Source: Pelagomonas calceolata (Eukaryota). Taken from it: a stretch of 64,000 nt of DNA. A model generated the notes under the pieces. The model was not told where the DNA came from. It worked only from the letters and a program-made list of their open reading frames with translations, and searched no databases. Both the position numbers and the translations under genes were made by a program. Location of the stretch: assembly GCA_918797485.1 (NCBI GenBank), contig CAKKNE010000001.1, forward strand, positions 5,952,001 through 6,016,000, read 5' to 3'. How positions within the stretch are numbered: position 1 is the stretch's first letter; the number at the start of each line of letters is the position of its first letter. Below are positions 20,111 through 30,219 of the stretch, piece after piece.

Positions 20111-21781
20111 CTACCCGACGAGCGGCCGCTTCGGGTCCGGCGGGAAGTCTAAAGCGTGGAGCTCGTGGTCCAGCGACGCTCGTATCTGAAAGCCCGTCTC
20201 GGAATAGGGCGCCTTTCTGAGAGGAGGCCGCGGCCACCTCCCATGATCATCTTCCGGGTGCGCCTGCCACTTATCCGCTAATGATCTCAGCACGTAATCG
20301 ACGCGAGACACGGCCCGATGATGTCGCAGCACATGCGCCAAGCCGTTCGCCGCGACCCTAGCGGCTTCTTCCGGCCGCGCGAGGTAGTACCGTAATTTAC
20401 GTTCCAGGTCATTTCTATCCGCGTGATCGTACACCACAAGATGCACCCCATCAACTAAGGGATAGGGCACCGGCGTATGCAACTCGTCCGTAAACACCAG
20501 AGCACCCGACGACAAGGCTTCGAAGAGCCGGAAGTCGCCGTCCCAGAACGACGGGTTGCACGTGACCACGATCTGCGCGCGCCGCATCAAACCGAAGTAG
20601 GAATTATCCAAAGTTTTGCGGTGGCCGCCCGTGTCTCCCACGACGGCTTCATCTTCTGACAACTTCATATCCTCGTACAGTATACTTTTGAGGAACTCGA
20701 CGACGCGCGTCCGAGCTGGTTGTCTTTTCAAAGATGACCGTATGGTCGACACAACTCGTAGATCCCGCTCCGAACCCAGCTGCAACCCGTGCGTGTAGTT
20801 GTCCCAGACGGCATAGGGCAATGGAGCGAAATATTGGCCTCTATCCGGATGGTCCCGGTTCTTCCACGCTCGATGCCCGTGGTGCTTGCAATGTATACCG
20901 TTACCTTCGCAGATCTCGTGGAGGTGGGGATCTTTTCGAGCTGCTTTCACGTCTACATGTTGTAAATCGTGCGGCACATCATGATGAACTTTATGCGTCC
21001 CATTTCTTTTATGGACCCAGCTCCGCTTGAAGTACAAGCCGAAATGTGTATTTCTAACTTGAGGCCAGTGCCCCACGTTGTCCGACTCGTCCAGAACCGC
21101 TAATTTGGCGCATTCACTCTTCGTCCAGTTGTCTACACTGAAGGAATTCATGCACGTCGGGATCCACACTAAAGCATGGGCCTCGCTCCGATCATATGTT
21201 CTATCTAAAGCGGGATGGGCGTCAAACCCCTGGTGGATGAGCTGGTTGAAGCGCCAGCCCTTCGACGGGTGGCACTCCACGATCCAGACCTTCCACGGTT
21301 GTCTAACTTGTAAGAAGGGGGGCACGCACATGGGCTCGTCGTGGAAGCCGTCGATGCATAGAGCTGGAGTAGTCGCGTGGCGGTCGGCCACGCCGATCGC
21401 TTCGAGGCGCGTCCACTGTCGCTTCTCGCCCTTCGCCCAGGCCTCTATCGCGGCTCGTCGTTCCGGGAGCGGGATTTGAGATGTGGGCGCCGGCGTCGCG
21501 GCGGGGCGCTCTATTAGTTTCTCCACGACTTTCTCCACCACTCTCTCGACGACGACGGGGCGCTCGACCACCTTCTCGACGACGCGCGGCGGCATCGTCA
21601 CGGGCGGCGCGGGTGGCCGTCTTATGTGATCGGGGCCGTGCTGTCCATGGAAGACGTGCGGGTGCGACGGCAGCGCCGCGTGGTGCTGCGCCTGCTTGTG
21701 CAGCAGCAGGAGCGCGCCGACGCCGGCCACGAGCAGCACGCGCGTCGTGGTGATGCGGATGGGCTGGTTGAGATTCACCAT
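20111..21781 (-). CDS. Type II membrane glycosyltransferase (GT-B, Glyco_trans_1_2-like C-terminus)
   Basis: N-terminal TM; YFKRSW; RLFEALSSGALVFTD; KLRYYLARPEEAARVA.NG. Confidence 0.75.
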   Translation of the reverse strand: MVNLNQPIRITTTRVLLVAGVGALLLLHKQAQHHAALPSHPHVFHGQHGPDHIRRPPAPPVTMPPRVVEKVVERPVVVERVVEKVVEKLIERPAATPAPTSQIPLPERRAAIEAWAKGEKRQWTRLEAIGVADRHATTPALCIDGFHDEPMCVPPFLQVRQPWKVWIVECHPSKGWRFNQLIHQGFDAHPALDRTYDRSEAHALVWIPTCMNSFSVDNWTKSECAKLAVLDESDNVGHWPQVRNTHFGLYFKRSWVHKRNGTHKVHHDVPHDLQHVDVKAARKDPHLHEICEGNGIHCKHHGHRAWKNRDHPDRGQYFAPLPYAVWDNYTHGLQLGSERDLRVVSTIRSSLKRQPARTRVVEFLKSILYEDMKLSEDEAVVGDTGGHRKTLDNSYFGLMRRAQIVVTCNPSFWDGDFRLFEALSSGALVFTDELHTPVPYPLVDGVHLVVYDHADRNDLERKLRYYLARPEEAARVAANGLAHVLRHHRAVSRVDYVLRSLADKWQAHPEDDHGRWPRPPLRKAPYSETGFQIRASLDHELHALDFPPDPKRPLVG

Positions 21782-21994
21782 CCTTGCTGTTATTTTTGAC
21801 GCTCTCGACGAGGGTAAGCGCCTCGCAGTGCTGCTGATTTTTGTGCTATCGAGGCATTTTGGCTGCCAGCGCGCGAGCGATGCAGCTCAGCGGTCGTTAT
21901 GCTGTCAAAATGTGTCTGCTGCGTTCGCAGGCTAAAAATTTGGCACAGCTTGTGCCCTGCGCGTCGTAGGACAAATGACCGACAAAAAGTTCAC

Positions 21995-22018
21995 GCTAGC
22001 GTTTGGTAAGACACTAGC
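21995..22018 (+). promoter_or_regulatory. Recurrent upstream motif, copy 3
   Basis: GCTAGCGTTTGGTAAGACACTAGC about 215 bp from ATG 21781 (minus-strand gene). Confidence 0.6.
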
Positions 22019-22083
22019 AAGTTTATTTCTCTCGCCCCGCTAACCACACGCCGCCAACGACGCACCAATAATCACACAAAAAC

Positions 22084-23634
22084 TTAGAGCCCAAACGCCT
22101 CCGGCAGGAACGCCGCCGGGTCGACTTCCGGCCGCGGCCCGTGCACCGATGCCGCGACGGCGACCGCCGACCGCGGCAGGAAGCCGCTGCCGTCGTCCTC
22201 GTCGACCGCCTTCGGCAGGACGGGGATGGCGCAGCGTCTTCTTTTAAACCAGGCGACGCACGCCTCGTGGCGCCGCAGCAAAGCCTTGTGCACGGGCCGC
22301 TCGCCCCGATTATTTTCGGCGTTGATCGGCAGACCCCGCGCCTTCAGCACGCGCAGCGCCCCGATGCACCCGTGGTAGGCCGCCGTGTGCGCCACGGTGT
22401 CGCCCAGCGGCGTCGCCTCCCACAAATCGACGCCGCACTCCGCCAGCGGCACGAGCATCGCGCCGTTGCCCGTCGTCGCGGCCACGTGGGCCAGCGTCCA
22501 GCCGCGCGCAAATCTCAAATCTCTCAAAAAGTTCGGGTCGTCGTCCTCGGCTTGGAGTTCCGCCAGAGCCTCGATGTTCGCCTCGTGGACCGCCTTGATC
22601 GCGCGCGCCGGCCGGTCGTGTCTCGCCCGTCCTTGTGGCCGGTGGCGCGGGCCGTCGCCCAATCGCGCCCGCAACGCAATACCAGAACCACCAATGTAGC
22701 TCCGCCCTCGTTTACTACGGTCGAAGACGTGGTGGCCCGCATACCCATTAAACTCCGGCTCGGGCAGGCGCGGCCGCTCGAACGGCGTGTTTAATGGCGG
22801 CGGCGTCGCCGGCCGGTTCTCCGACGCGTCCGAGTCGGAGTCCGACTGCGGCTCCGGCGGCCACTGCTCCGCGGGCACGCCGGCGCAGCCTAAAGAAGCT
22901 AAGACCACGCCGACGCCGATGCCTCTATCAGTCTTATTGACATACAAAGGTCGGTGCTCGCCCGGCACGACCACGGACCTATTCGGCTCCGTTTCCGTCG
23001 TGACGTTGCCGACCCACCTACCCTCGTAAAATATCGGGCAGCCGTGCGTTTCCACGGGCGGCGCGAACCGGAAGTAGATCCGGTCCGACTGGCGGTCGTA
23101 GTCGTCCACGTAAAGCGTCAGGGACCGCTTCGCCGCGCCGTCAATGTGGCCGTATAGCTGGCATTCGGGGGCCTTCTTCGCGTCGCCATTTGCTTCTCGA
23201 ACGCCCTTATATAAAGCATCTGGGGACGGCACCAAAGGCCAGACCCGCGGGGCTCGTAACGGTTCCCCATCCACCGCACAGAGAATCAGCCCGAACTCCG
23301 CCCTTGGACACCACAATAAGTGCGGCATGAGCTTCGCCTCCGCCGTCGACTCGCTCCCGCCGTTGCTATAGAAGACGGCCGTCGCCTGCCCGGCGTCGCG
23401 GGGGACGAGCGCGTTCGCCTGGTCCCCGAACAAGACGCAGCACTGGCCGCGGCACATCAGCAGCGTCCCCGTCACGGCGAACTTGCCCGGCGCGTTCACG
23501 ACGCAGACGGCCTTCTGGTAGCGCGTCTGCCGGTCCGTGAGGTCCTTGTAGGGCCGGTCGGTCGGCGGCGCGTCCTTGAAGGGGCTCGAGCTGTTCGTGT
23601 CGACGGAGGGCGAGGCGAGGGGCGAGCCTAGCAT
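22084..23634 (-). CDS. Ankyrin-repeat protein with a possible degenerate trypsin-like N-terminal domain
   Basis: GWTLAHVAATTG, GDTVAHTAAYHG, GERPVHKAL; N-terminal GTLL...YGH...THGCPIF. Confidence 0.75.
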   Translation of the reverse strand: MLGSPLASPSVDTNSSSPFKDAPPTDRPYKDLTDRQTRYQKAVCVVNAPGKFAVTGTLLMCRGQCCVLFGDQANALVPRDAGQATAVFYSNGGSESTAEAKLMPHLLWCPRAEFGLILCAVDGEPLRAPRVWPLVPSPDALYKGVREANGDAKKAPECQLYGHIDGAAKRSLTLYVDDYDRQSDRIYFRFAPPVETHGCPIFYEGRWVGNVTTETEPNRSVVVPGEHRPLYVNKTDRGIGVGVVLASLGCAGVPAEQWPPEPQSDSDSDASENRPATPPPLNTPFERPRLPEPEFNGYAGHHVFDRSKRGRSYIGGSGIALRARLGDGPRHRPQGRARHDRPARAIKAVHEANIEALAELQAEDDDPNFLRDLRFARGWTLAHVAATTGNGAMLVPLAECGVDLWEATPLGDTVAHTAAYHGCIGALRVLKARGLPINAENNRGERPVHKALLRRHEACVAWFKRRRCAIPVLPKAVDEDDGSGFLPRSAVAVAASVHGPRPEVDPAAFLPEAFGL

Positions 23635-23770
23635 CTTCTTGACTGCTTGGGTGCCGCGGCGGCGGCGTTGGGCAGCCTGCGCTGTGTAATCTAGTATGTT
23701 ACTACACTAGCTCAACGGCAGAGCCAGGGCCCAAACACACCACTGGACGGCCGGATGAGGTGAAAAAGCA

Positions 23771-24649
23771 ATGCGGGCATGCGTTCTGCATGTCTCATTG
23801 ACGGTCGCATTGGTGCCGCCGGTTGCCAGGCCGCCCAGCCATGTGTGTTCAGGCGCAGCATATGATTACTGCATCCAGTCCTTGGGCTGCACGGCGGTGG
23901 CGGCTGGCAAGGCCGAACGAGGGTTGTTACCGAATATCGCAGAAAGCCTAACACGGACGCAAATCGATTGCGTGTGCGATTGGCTACAGTCCTCGCTCGA
24001 CCTGAGCGACGCGGAGCTGAAGAAGGTGATACTATGGGCCCCGTCACTGCTGGGCTACAGCGTCGAAAAGAACATTGCGCCAAAGCTCGAGTGGTTGCAG
24101 AACTACCTCGACTTGGACGAGGGACAGTTGCGTAAAATTGTTCTACGGCAGCCGACACTGTTAGGCCGCAACATGGCGCCAAAGCTCGAGTGGGTGCAGA
24201 GGCGGCTCGACCTTGACAATGCGCAACTAAAAAAGATGGTTGTGACGTCTCCGTCACTGCTGAGCATAAGCATCGAGGACAAGATAGAGCCGAACCTCGA
24301 CTGGCTGCAGACGCGCCTGGACCTAGACGCTCCGGAGCTGAGGAAGATGGTTCTGAGTCATCCGCCACTGCTGTATTACAGCGTCGAAGACAACCTGGAG
24401 CCAAAGCTGAACTTCCTCGAAGAAGAACTTGGTCTCCCTGTGTCTGAAGTGCGCGCTTCGATAGTAACGGGTCCAAATCGTCTGAGTTATAGTCTAAACA
24501 AACGGTACCGGGCCCGACTCGAAGTATGCCGCGCCGCCGGCGTCGATGCATATCCTGTCCTCTCCTATTCCAGCCAAACGGACGCTGAGTTCTGCAAGCG
24601 CGCCGGCGTCCCCCTCGAGGCCCTCCGCGCGGCCCAGGAGGACGTCTAA
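23771..24649 (+). CDS. mTERF family protein, probably organellar
   Basis: Repeats PSLLGYSVEKNIAPKLEWLQ, PSLLSISIEDKIEPNLDWLQ, SYSLNKRYRAR. Confidence 0.9.
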   Translation: MRACVLHVSLTVALVPPVARPPSHVCSGAAYDYCIQSLGCTAVAAGKAERGLLPNIAESLTRTQIDCVCDWLQSSLDLSDAELKKVILWAPSLLGYSVEKNIAPKLEWLQNYLDLDEGQLRKIVLRQPTLLGRNMAPKLEWVQRRLDLDNAQLKKMVVTSPSLLSISIEDKIEPNLDWLQTRLDLDAPELRKMVLSHPPLLYYSVEDNLEPKLNFLEEELGLPVSEVRASIVTGPNRLSYSLNKRYRARLEVCRAAGVDAYPVLSYSSQTDAEFCKRAGVPLEALRAAQEDV

Positions 24650-24725
24650 TGTGATGTTTTTCGATAGAAACGCTTATTGTAACTTGCCCCACCCGGTGAT
24701 CAAACAAACACGGAAGAAGAGAGGG

Positions 24726-26606
24726 CTACTCGGCCAGGCTCGGCAGCGGCTGCTTGCTCCGCTTCCGCGGCGACTCGTCGGACGACTCCGCGCCGCCCTT
24801 GTTCGCCCGCTTGAGGGACGTCGGCGACGTCTGCGGCGCCATGGAGTAGGCGCGCGCGAGCGGCGCCGTCGCCGCTCGTGAGGGAGGCACGAGGTCGGCC
24901 GGCGCGGACTCGGCGAAGACCACGGGCTCCCGCGCCGCCTCCGAACGCGCGCCGACGACCGCCGGCGCCGACGCCGCGCGCTCCAGCGGAAGCGAGGGCG
25001 GCGGGTCCTCGAAGATGGCCAACACCACCGACACGTTGTCGGCCGTCGCGTTCCCGCCGAACTTGTCGTGCCACTTCTGGAGCGCGTAGTCCGCTAATCT
25101 TTCAGCGACGCGCGTGGCGCGGTTGGTCTCCGATCTTCTAGAACCCCTCCGGCCCGTGATGCGCGCCGCGTCCATGACCCGCAGCTCGTCCGCCACAAAG
25201 CGGCACGCCTCATCATCAGAAAGCACGCCGGAGACGCCGTCGGAGTAGAGCAGCAGGAATCTATCGGTGCGTGCCAGCGTGTGCCGCGTGATGTCCGGCT
25301 CCGGACTCACTAACCTTATACCCGTCAGCGGGTGCCGCGACCAGCAATCCCCCAACGCCCGACTCATGTTCAGGAACGGCAAATCAACAATCTCGCCCGT
25401 GACCTTCTGGCGCTTCATCTGGATGCTGCAGTCCGCTTTTAAGCGGGGAAGACCAACTCTTGAGTCCACGGGGCCCCGCGCGCCGCCATAGACGTAGACG
25501 CGCCCGCCCGCGGCCTCGATGCGCCTTCGTTCATCCACATCATGACACTTGTGGTCCGTCGTCAGGTTGACGGCCCGGCAGGCGCGCCCGCGCTGCGGCG
25601 GCGTCAGCTCGTCGCCGTCACTGACGTCGTCTCCCCCCAATCTTCGCCCCACGACCGCGCGCGAGTCGCCCACGTGCGCGACGTCGATCAAATCGCCCAC
25701 GTCCCTCACAATGCAGAGCACGGCCGTCGTGCCCGCCGTCGACGGCGCTCTTAGGGTGGCGTTCGGCGGCCAGGCCGTGTGCGCCTCGTCGATATCCGTC
25801 TGCAGGTCGTCGAACGCGCCCCGCAGCGACTCGCGGGCCCTCTCTATGGAACCGGCGCCGCGCTGCCGCGCGCGCGGCCACAGGTCCTTCGACGCTAATT
25901 CTGCGGCCTCGGCGCCGCCGTGCCCGTCAAAGACGCCGACGATCAACCCGACGCCCGGCGCCTTCTCGACCAGCACTCTATCCTGCTGCTCCGGGCGGCC
26001 GCCCTGGCGCAGCGCGCTCCCGACGCTCTCGACGCGGCGCCGCGAGGGCCCGATCGAACGCGTCGGGGACAGCGACGCCTGGGACTCCCATTCTAAACTC
26101 TGCGTGCCGCTCGGCGACGGCGGCGACGGGTCCGTCGCGCTTCCCCTACTACCATTCCGCGACAGCGAGGGCGACGCGGCGGAGGCGTTGCCCGAGTCGA
26201 TGGCCGCGCCCGGCGACCACTCCTTGTCCTTGCTCGTCGGCCTCGACGGCGGCGCCGGCGACGGCGTCGGCGCCTCGGAGGACGCGTTCGGCGTCAGGGG
26301 CGGCGGCGGCAGGGGCTTGGCGGGCTGGTCGAGGCCGCGGGCCGCCTTCGGGGCGTTCGTCGTGGCCTTGGGCGGCTTGGGCGAGGCCGGCGTCTCGAAG
26401 TCGGGCGCGACGGCCTCGGCCTGCGTGAGCGCGGCCTCCTCCGCGGGCTCCGGCGGCTGCATTGCTTCTGTATTGGTTGCGGGTGCCTCCTCGGGGGAGG
26501 GCAGTGCAGCGGGGGCTGCGCGCGGCGCTGGAGAACCGGCCAACTCCATTGAGCTCGTTCTTGCAGCGTCCGGCGCAGGCGGCGCGGCGGCCTCGTTTGC
26601 TGTCAT
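24726..26606 (-). CDS. Protein phosphatase 2C
   Basis: EQQD, GVFDGHGG, AHVGDSRAV, LNMSRALGD, LLYSDGV, ADNVSV. Confidence 0.92.
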   Translation of the reverse strand: MTANEAAAPPAPDAARTSSMELAGSPAPRAAPAALPSPEEAPATNTEAMQPPEPAEEAALTQAEAVAPDFETPASPKPPKATTNAPKAARGLDQPAKPLPPPPLTPNASSEAPTPSPAPPSRPTSKDKEWSPGAAIDSGNASAASPSLSRNGSRGSATDPSPPSPSGTQSLEWESQASLSPTRSIGPSRRRVESVGSALRQGGRPEQQDRVLVEKAPGVGLIVGVFDGHGGAEAAELASKDLWPRARQRGAGSIERARESLRGAFDDLQTDIDEAHTAWPPNATLRAPSTAGTTAVLCIVRDVGDLIDVAHVGDSRAVVGRRLGGDDVSDGDELTPPQRGRACRAVNLTTDHKCHDVDERRRIEAAGGRVYVYGGARGPVDSRVGLPRLKADCSIQMKRQKVTGEIVDLPFLNMSRALGDCWSRHPLTGIRLVSPEPDITRHTLARTDRFLLLYSDGVSGVLSDDEACRFVADELRVMDAARITGRRGSRRSETNRATRVAERLADYALQKWHDKFGGNATADNVSVVLAIFEDPPPSLPLERAASAPAVVGARSEAAREPVVFAESAPADLVPPSRAATAPLARAYSMAPQTSPTSLKRANKGGAESSDESPRKRSKQPLPSLAE

Positions 26607-26823
26607 CCAGCCAGAATTATGAAAGTTCTTGCCACTGCAGGCGTCTGAGCATGCAGAGCTGTGCGGGAATATAGGCGCAATGCGAGGCCAATTTTAAGCA
26701 TGGAGCGGTCCCTCTAGCCTAGAGTCCGGCCCTCGGTGCGGCCGCACCACTGTTCCCAGCGCGACAGCTCATCACCCCCAGCATCCAAGCAAGACAGGTA
26801 GAGCACAAAGAAACAACTTAAAT

Positions 26824-28062
26824 TCAAACTAAGCGCCGGCCCTGGCGCGCAAGTATGGCTTTCACCGCGCAAGCCTCGGCGACGCCCTCGAGGATGCTCC
26901 TCTGGGCCTCGAGGTATATCCGCGCGTGGCGCCGGTTCGCGGATTCGTCCTCATCAAAAGGCGGCGGCGCGAGCGCCGCGGCGGTCTCGGCGGCCAGCTC
27001 CTGGAGCGCGGTCAGTGCGGCCAGCTCGTTCCGGCGGCTGACAAACGGCGTCGACGCGAGACCTACGACGGCCGCGCGCGCGGCCATCTCCGGTCGCTCT
27101 ATGCCGTCGCCGAAGACGCCGCGCCGCCGCGCCGGGGCGAGGTGCTCCCGCTCGAGCTGCGAGAATTCGTCATCACTCGCGGCGATGACGCGGAACGCCG
27201 CGAGCGCGTGCTCCACGGCTGCATCGTCGCCCGACACGACGCGTATCCGCAGCGCCGGGCAGCCCGGGAGCCACGCGTGGCCCCTCGCTGCGCGGAGGTG
27301 CTCCGGTAAGGCGACGTCCAGGCACGCGTCGTCCCGGCTCCGGCCCGCTTCATCATTATTGTCCTCGAGCGCGAAGCCGTAGTTGAGGAGATATCTGGCA
27401 TTGCTTTTGGGCCCGTACGAGTCCGTGACCTCGTCGCCGACGACGCCGGACCGGATCGCCCGCATCACGAAGGCGTCCCCCTCATACTCAAAGTCGACGT
27501 GGCGGTCCTGGTGCCTATTTGTGTTGAGTAAATCCGCGAACGGGACCATCGCCCGCCGCTTGCCCCGGTCGAACTCAAAGGCCCGCGACAGCACGTGCGC
27601 CTCGGCCACGGCGAAGCCGTCGTCGAGGCCCAAGGCAGACGCCGTCGCCGTGACGTCGTCCTTTCGCGCGGCGACGTCCTCGGCGAGCGGGCTGCCGGCC
27701 AGCAACGCCACGTCGGCGGCCGGCCAGAACAGCGGCAGGTGGTCGACGCCGCCGAGCGCTCGCCGGTACGGCGACCAGAAGCAGTCTGCGTCGCCGCCCG
27801 CGAGGTAGAGCGCGAGCGCCAGGTTGCCGTCGTTCGTGGACACTCCGCTGGAGCGCGCTCGCTGCAACGCGTCGGCGACGTCGGGCCGCCGCGCCGCCTG
27901 GTCGACCGTCAGCAGCAGCGGCTCGGGCACGCGCAGCAACACGTCGCCCGGCGCGAACGCGGCCGTCGCGACGACGCCGCGGCCACCTCTCGCCGTGGTG
28001 GTCACGCGCAGCCGGCTGAACTCGGCGCCGCCGGCTTTGAGCCAGTCCAGGAAGCGCTTCAT
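26824..28062 (-). CDS. SET-domain protein lysine methyltransferase (SETD3/Rubisco LSMT-like)
   Basis: GRGVVAT, VLSRAF, MVPFADLLN, DSYGPKSNARYLLNYGF. Confidence 0.88.
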   Translation of the reverse strand: MKRFLDWLKAGGAEFSRLRVTTTARGGRGVVATAAFAPGDVLLRVPEPLLLTVDQAARRPDVADALQRARSSGVSTNDGNLALALYLAGGDADCFWSPYRRALGGVDHLPLFWPAADVALLAGSPLAEDVAARKDDVTATASALGLDDGFAVAEAHVLSRAFEFDRGKRRAMVPFADLLNTNRHQDRHVDFEYEGDAFVMRAIRSGVVGDEVTDSYGPKSNARYLLNYGFALEDNNDEAGRSRDDACLDVALPEHLRAARGHAWLPGCPALRIRVVSGDDAAVEHALAAFRVIAASDDEFSQLEREHLAPARRRGVFGDGIERPEMAARAAVVGLASTPFVSRRNELAALTALQELAAETAAALAPPPFDEDESANRRHARIYLEAQRSILEGVAEACAVKAILARQGRRLV

Positions 28063-28294
28063 CACTGCCTATGCATGCTGCCAAGTTCTACTGCCGCACC
28101 GATCGGTTGAGTGCGCGTCTCCTCGTCGAATGATCGATGCGACTGTGTGGCGGCGTTGCTAGAACGTGTAGTGCGCGTTGTTAGAGCTCCTTTATGCGCC
28201 TTGCAAAACTGCTCTCTCCAGGCTTTGAGCGGCAGGAGCTCGCACAGGCCACGGCAGCCCAGCAGAGCTCGCGAGCAGCAAGAGTGCATCCAGC

Positions 28295-29113
28295 ATGGCT
28301 CCCAGAGACACCGGGAAAGGGAGCAAGTCGCGCGCGCCGCAAAAAAAGCAATCACAGGGCTCACCATCAACCATGCCCTCTGAAGCCGTGATCGATGCGC
28401 AGCTCTCCCTGGCTTTTGACATCATGGCCGCGACGAGGGCCTGCGCCGCGGCACGGGCTGCTGCGCGCAAGAGTAAGGCGACTCCGACTGTTCGCATCTT
28501 GAAACGCTCGGAGGACGCAACTGCCGCGGCGCCCGCGGCGGCGGCGCCCGCGGCCGCGGAGGCGCCAGCGGCAAAGAAGAAGAAGAAGTCGAAGCAGGCC
28601 TGCCGGTTCTTCGCGAAAGGAAAATGTCGCAACGGCGACGCATGCCCGTTCCGTCACGTCGCCGATGCTCCGAAGGCGTCGGGCGAGGCACCACGGGAAC
28701 CGGCGGCGCAGAAGACGCAGAAGGCTCGCAAGGCGAAGGAGCGGCCTGTCGTAAAGGCGCCCGAGGCGGCGCCGCGCGAACCGCCGCCCGCCGCCGAGCC
28801 GGCAGGTAGAGGCGCCGAGGAGGCCAAGGCCGCCACACCAGAGCCGCCGCTCACCCCGGCGGTGGAGAAAGAGGCCGCCCCGCCACCACCGCCGCCGCCC
28901 GCGCCGCCGCCGCCCGCCGCCGCACCGCCGCCACCACCGCAAGAGGAGACCCCCTGGACCGCCGCCGACCAGGCGCTCCTGGACAAGGCGCTGGCCGAGG
29001 TCCCGCGCGACCTGCCCAAGAAGGACCGGTGGCAGCGCATAGCGGCGCAGGTGCCGGGCCGGAGCGCGCGGCAGTGCGCGGAGCGCTACAAGTTCATCCG
29101 GAGTAAGTTGTGA
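28295..29113 (+). CDS. CCCH zinc finger + SANT/Myb domain protein
   Basis: CRFFAKGKCRNGDACPFRH; WTAADQALLDKAL...RWQRIAAQVPGRS..QCAERYK. Confidence 0.85.
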   Translation: MAPRDTGKGSKSRAPQKKQSQGSPSTMPSEAVIDAQLSLAFDIMAATRACAAARAAARKSKATPTVRILKRSEDATAAAPAAAAPAAAEAPAAKKKKKSKQACRFFAKGKCRNGDACPFRHVADAPKASGEAPREPAAQKTQKARKAKERPVVKAPEAAPREPPPAAEPAGRGAEEAKAATPEPPLTPAVEKEAAPPPPPPPAPPPPAAAPPPPPQEETPWTAADQALLDKALAEVPRDLPKKDRWQRIAAQVPGRSARQCAERYKFIRSKL

Positions 29114-29280
29114 GACATGTATCATATTTTACAGGGGACGGGTCGTCGGCGGGGGCCACGGCGATGGAGTCAGAGGTACCAAACCAAGCAACGCAATGCT
29201 TCTGGATCTGGTGGTGGTGGTGGGTGGCGGTGCCGGTGGTGGTCAAGGCGGTGGACAGGGGGAGGCTTTGTTGAATTCTT

Positions 29281-29730
29281 TCACGAGAGCTGGAGGCTCA
29301 CGAGCTCCTCGTCGAAGGAGAGCTGCAGGCCGACGTCGAAGGAGAAGCCGGAGGAGGTCCGCGGCAGGTGCGGCGGGTCCTCGGGCGGCTGCAGGCCCAA
29401 AAGCGACTCGCAGGAGTCCGTGGGAGCCGTCATCCTCGCGCGGCGCGCCCGCTTCACGAGTTTGGGCGGCGAGTGTAATGGTGCGCTGAGCGGCGGCGGC
29501 GTCTCGAGGTCGCGCGGGTCGCCGTCGAAGCTCCAGGTCAGGGGCAGCCCCGGCGACGCGCGACCCGACCGCGGGGACTCGGGCCGCGGCGACGCGGCGC
29601 GCGAGAGCAGCGTAAAACTGAGGCGGCCCAGCGACGGGCGCCGCTTCAGGGGCCGCGCCTCGGGCTGGGGCGTGACGACCGGGAGCTGGGGGCGGCGGGC
29701 CTTGACGGGCGTCGTCGTCTTGGCGTCCAT
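29281..29730 (-). CDS. Hypothetical Ser/Pro-rich protein
   Basis: ATG-initiated ORF with coding-like codon bias; no recognisable domain. Confidence 0.5.
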   Translation of the reverse strand: MDAKTTTPVKARRPQLPVVTPQPEARPLKRRPSLGRLSFTLLSRAASPRPESPRSGRASPGLPLTWSFDGDPRDLETPPPLSAPLHSPPKLVKRARRARMTAPTDSCESLLGLQPPEDPPHLPRTSSGFSFDVGLQLSFDEELVSLQLS

Positions 29731-30219
29731 TCTTGGTGTCGGGCTGTTGGCGTCGGGCTTTGGCTGTTTCCGGGGCAGTGGCTGAGGGGCAGCCCCTTCG
29801 CCGGCGCTTTTCCGGCCGGTTCCGGGGGCAGTGGGGGCGCCGGCGGCTGCGGGGGCGGGAGCGGCGTCGGATCCGGTGGAGGCGACCTTGGGGCGGCGCG
29901 GCGCTCAGCCGAATTTGCCTGTTCTCTCACGCCAGAGATTCGCGCCACAGAGCCTGGAAAGGCTTTATTTGAATCGACGGTGCGTCTGCTGCCCGTCCAA
30001 AGAGCCGTCCTCTCGCGTTGGATACGTGTGGAGGCTGCGTCTAGCAATTTCTTTCAATAGCAGAAAACCCGTGCAGTAGGTCCAAACTTTTGCTCTGCGG
30101 GGCTGCTTTGACGCCCACGCCTAGCAGCTGCATCGATAGAAATCGTGCACGCTGCCTGCACGCCGTCGTGCACACGTGTGCCAAGTCTCGGAGCATTCTG
30201 AGAGGTGTGGACCCAGCAA

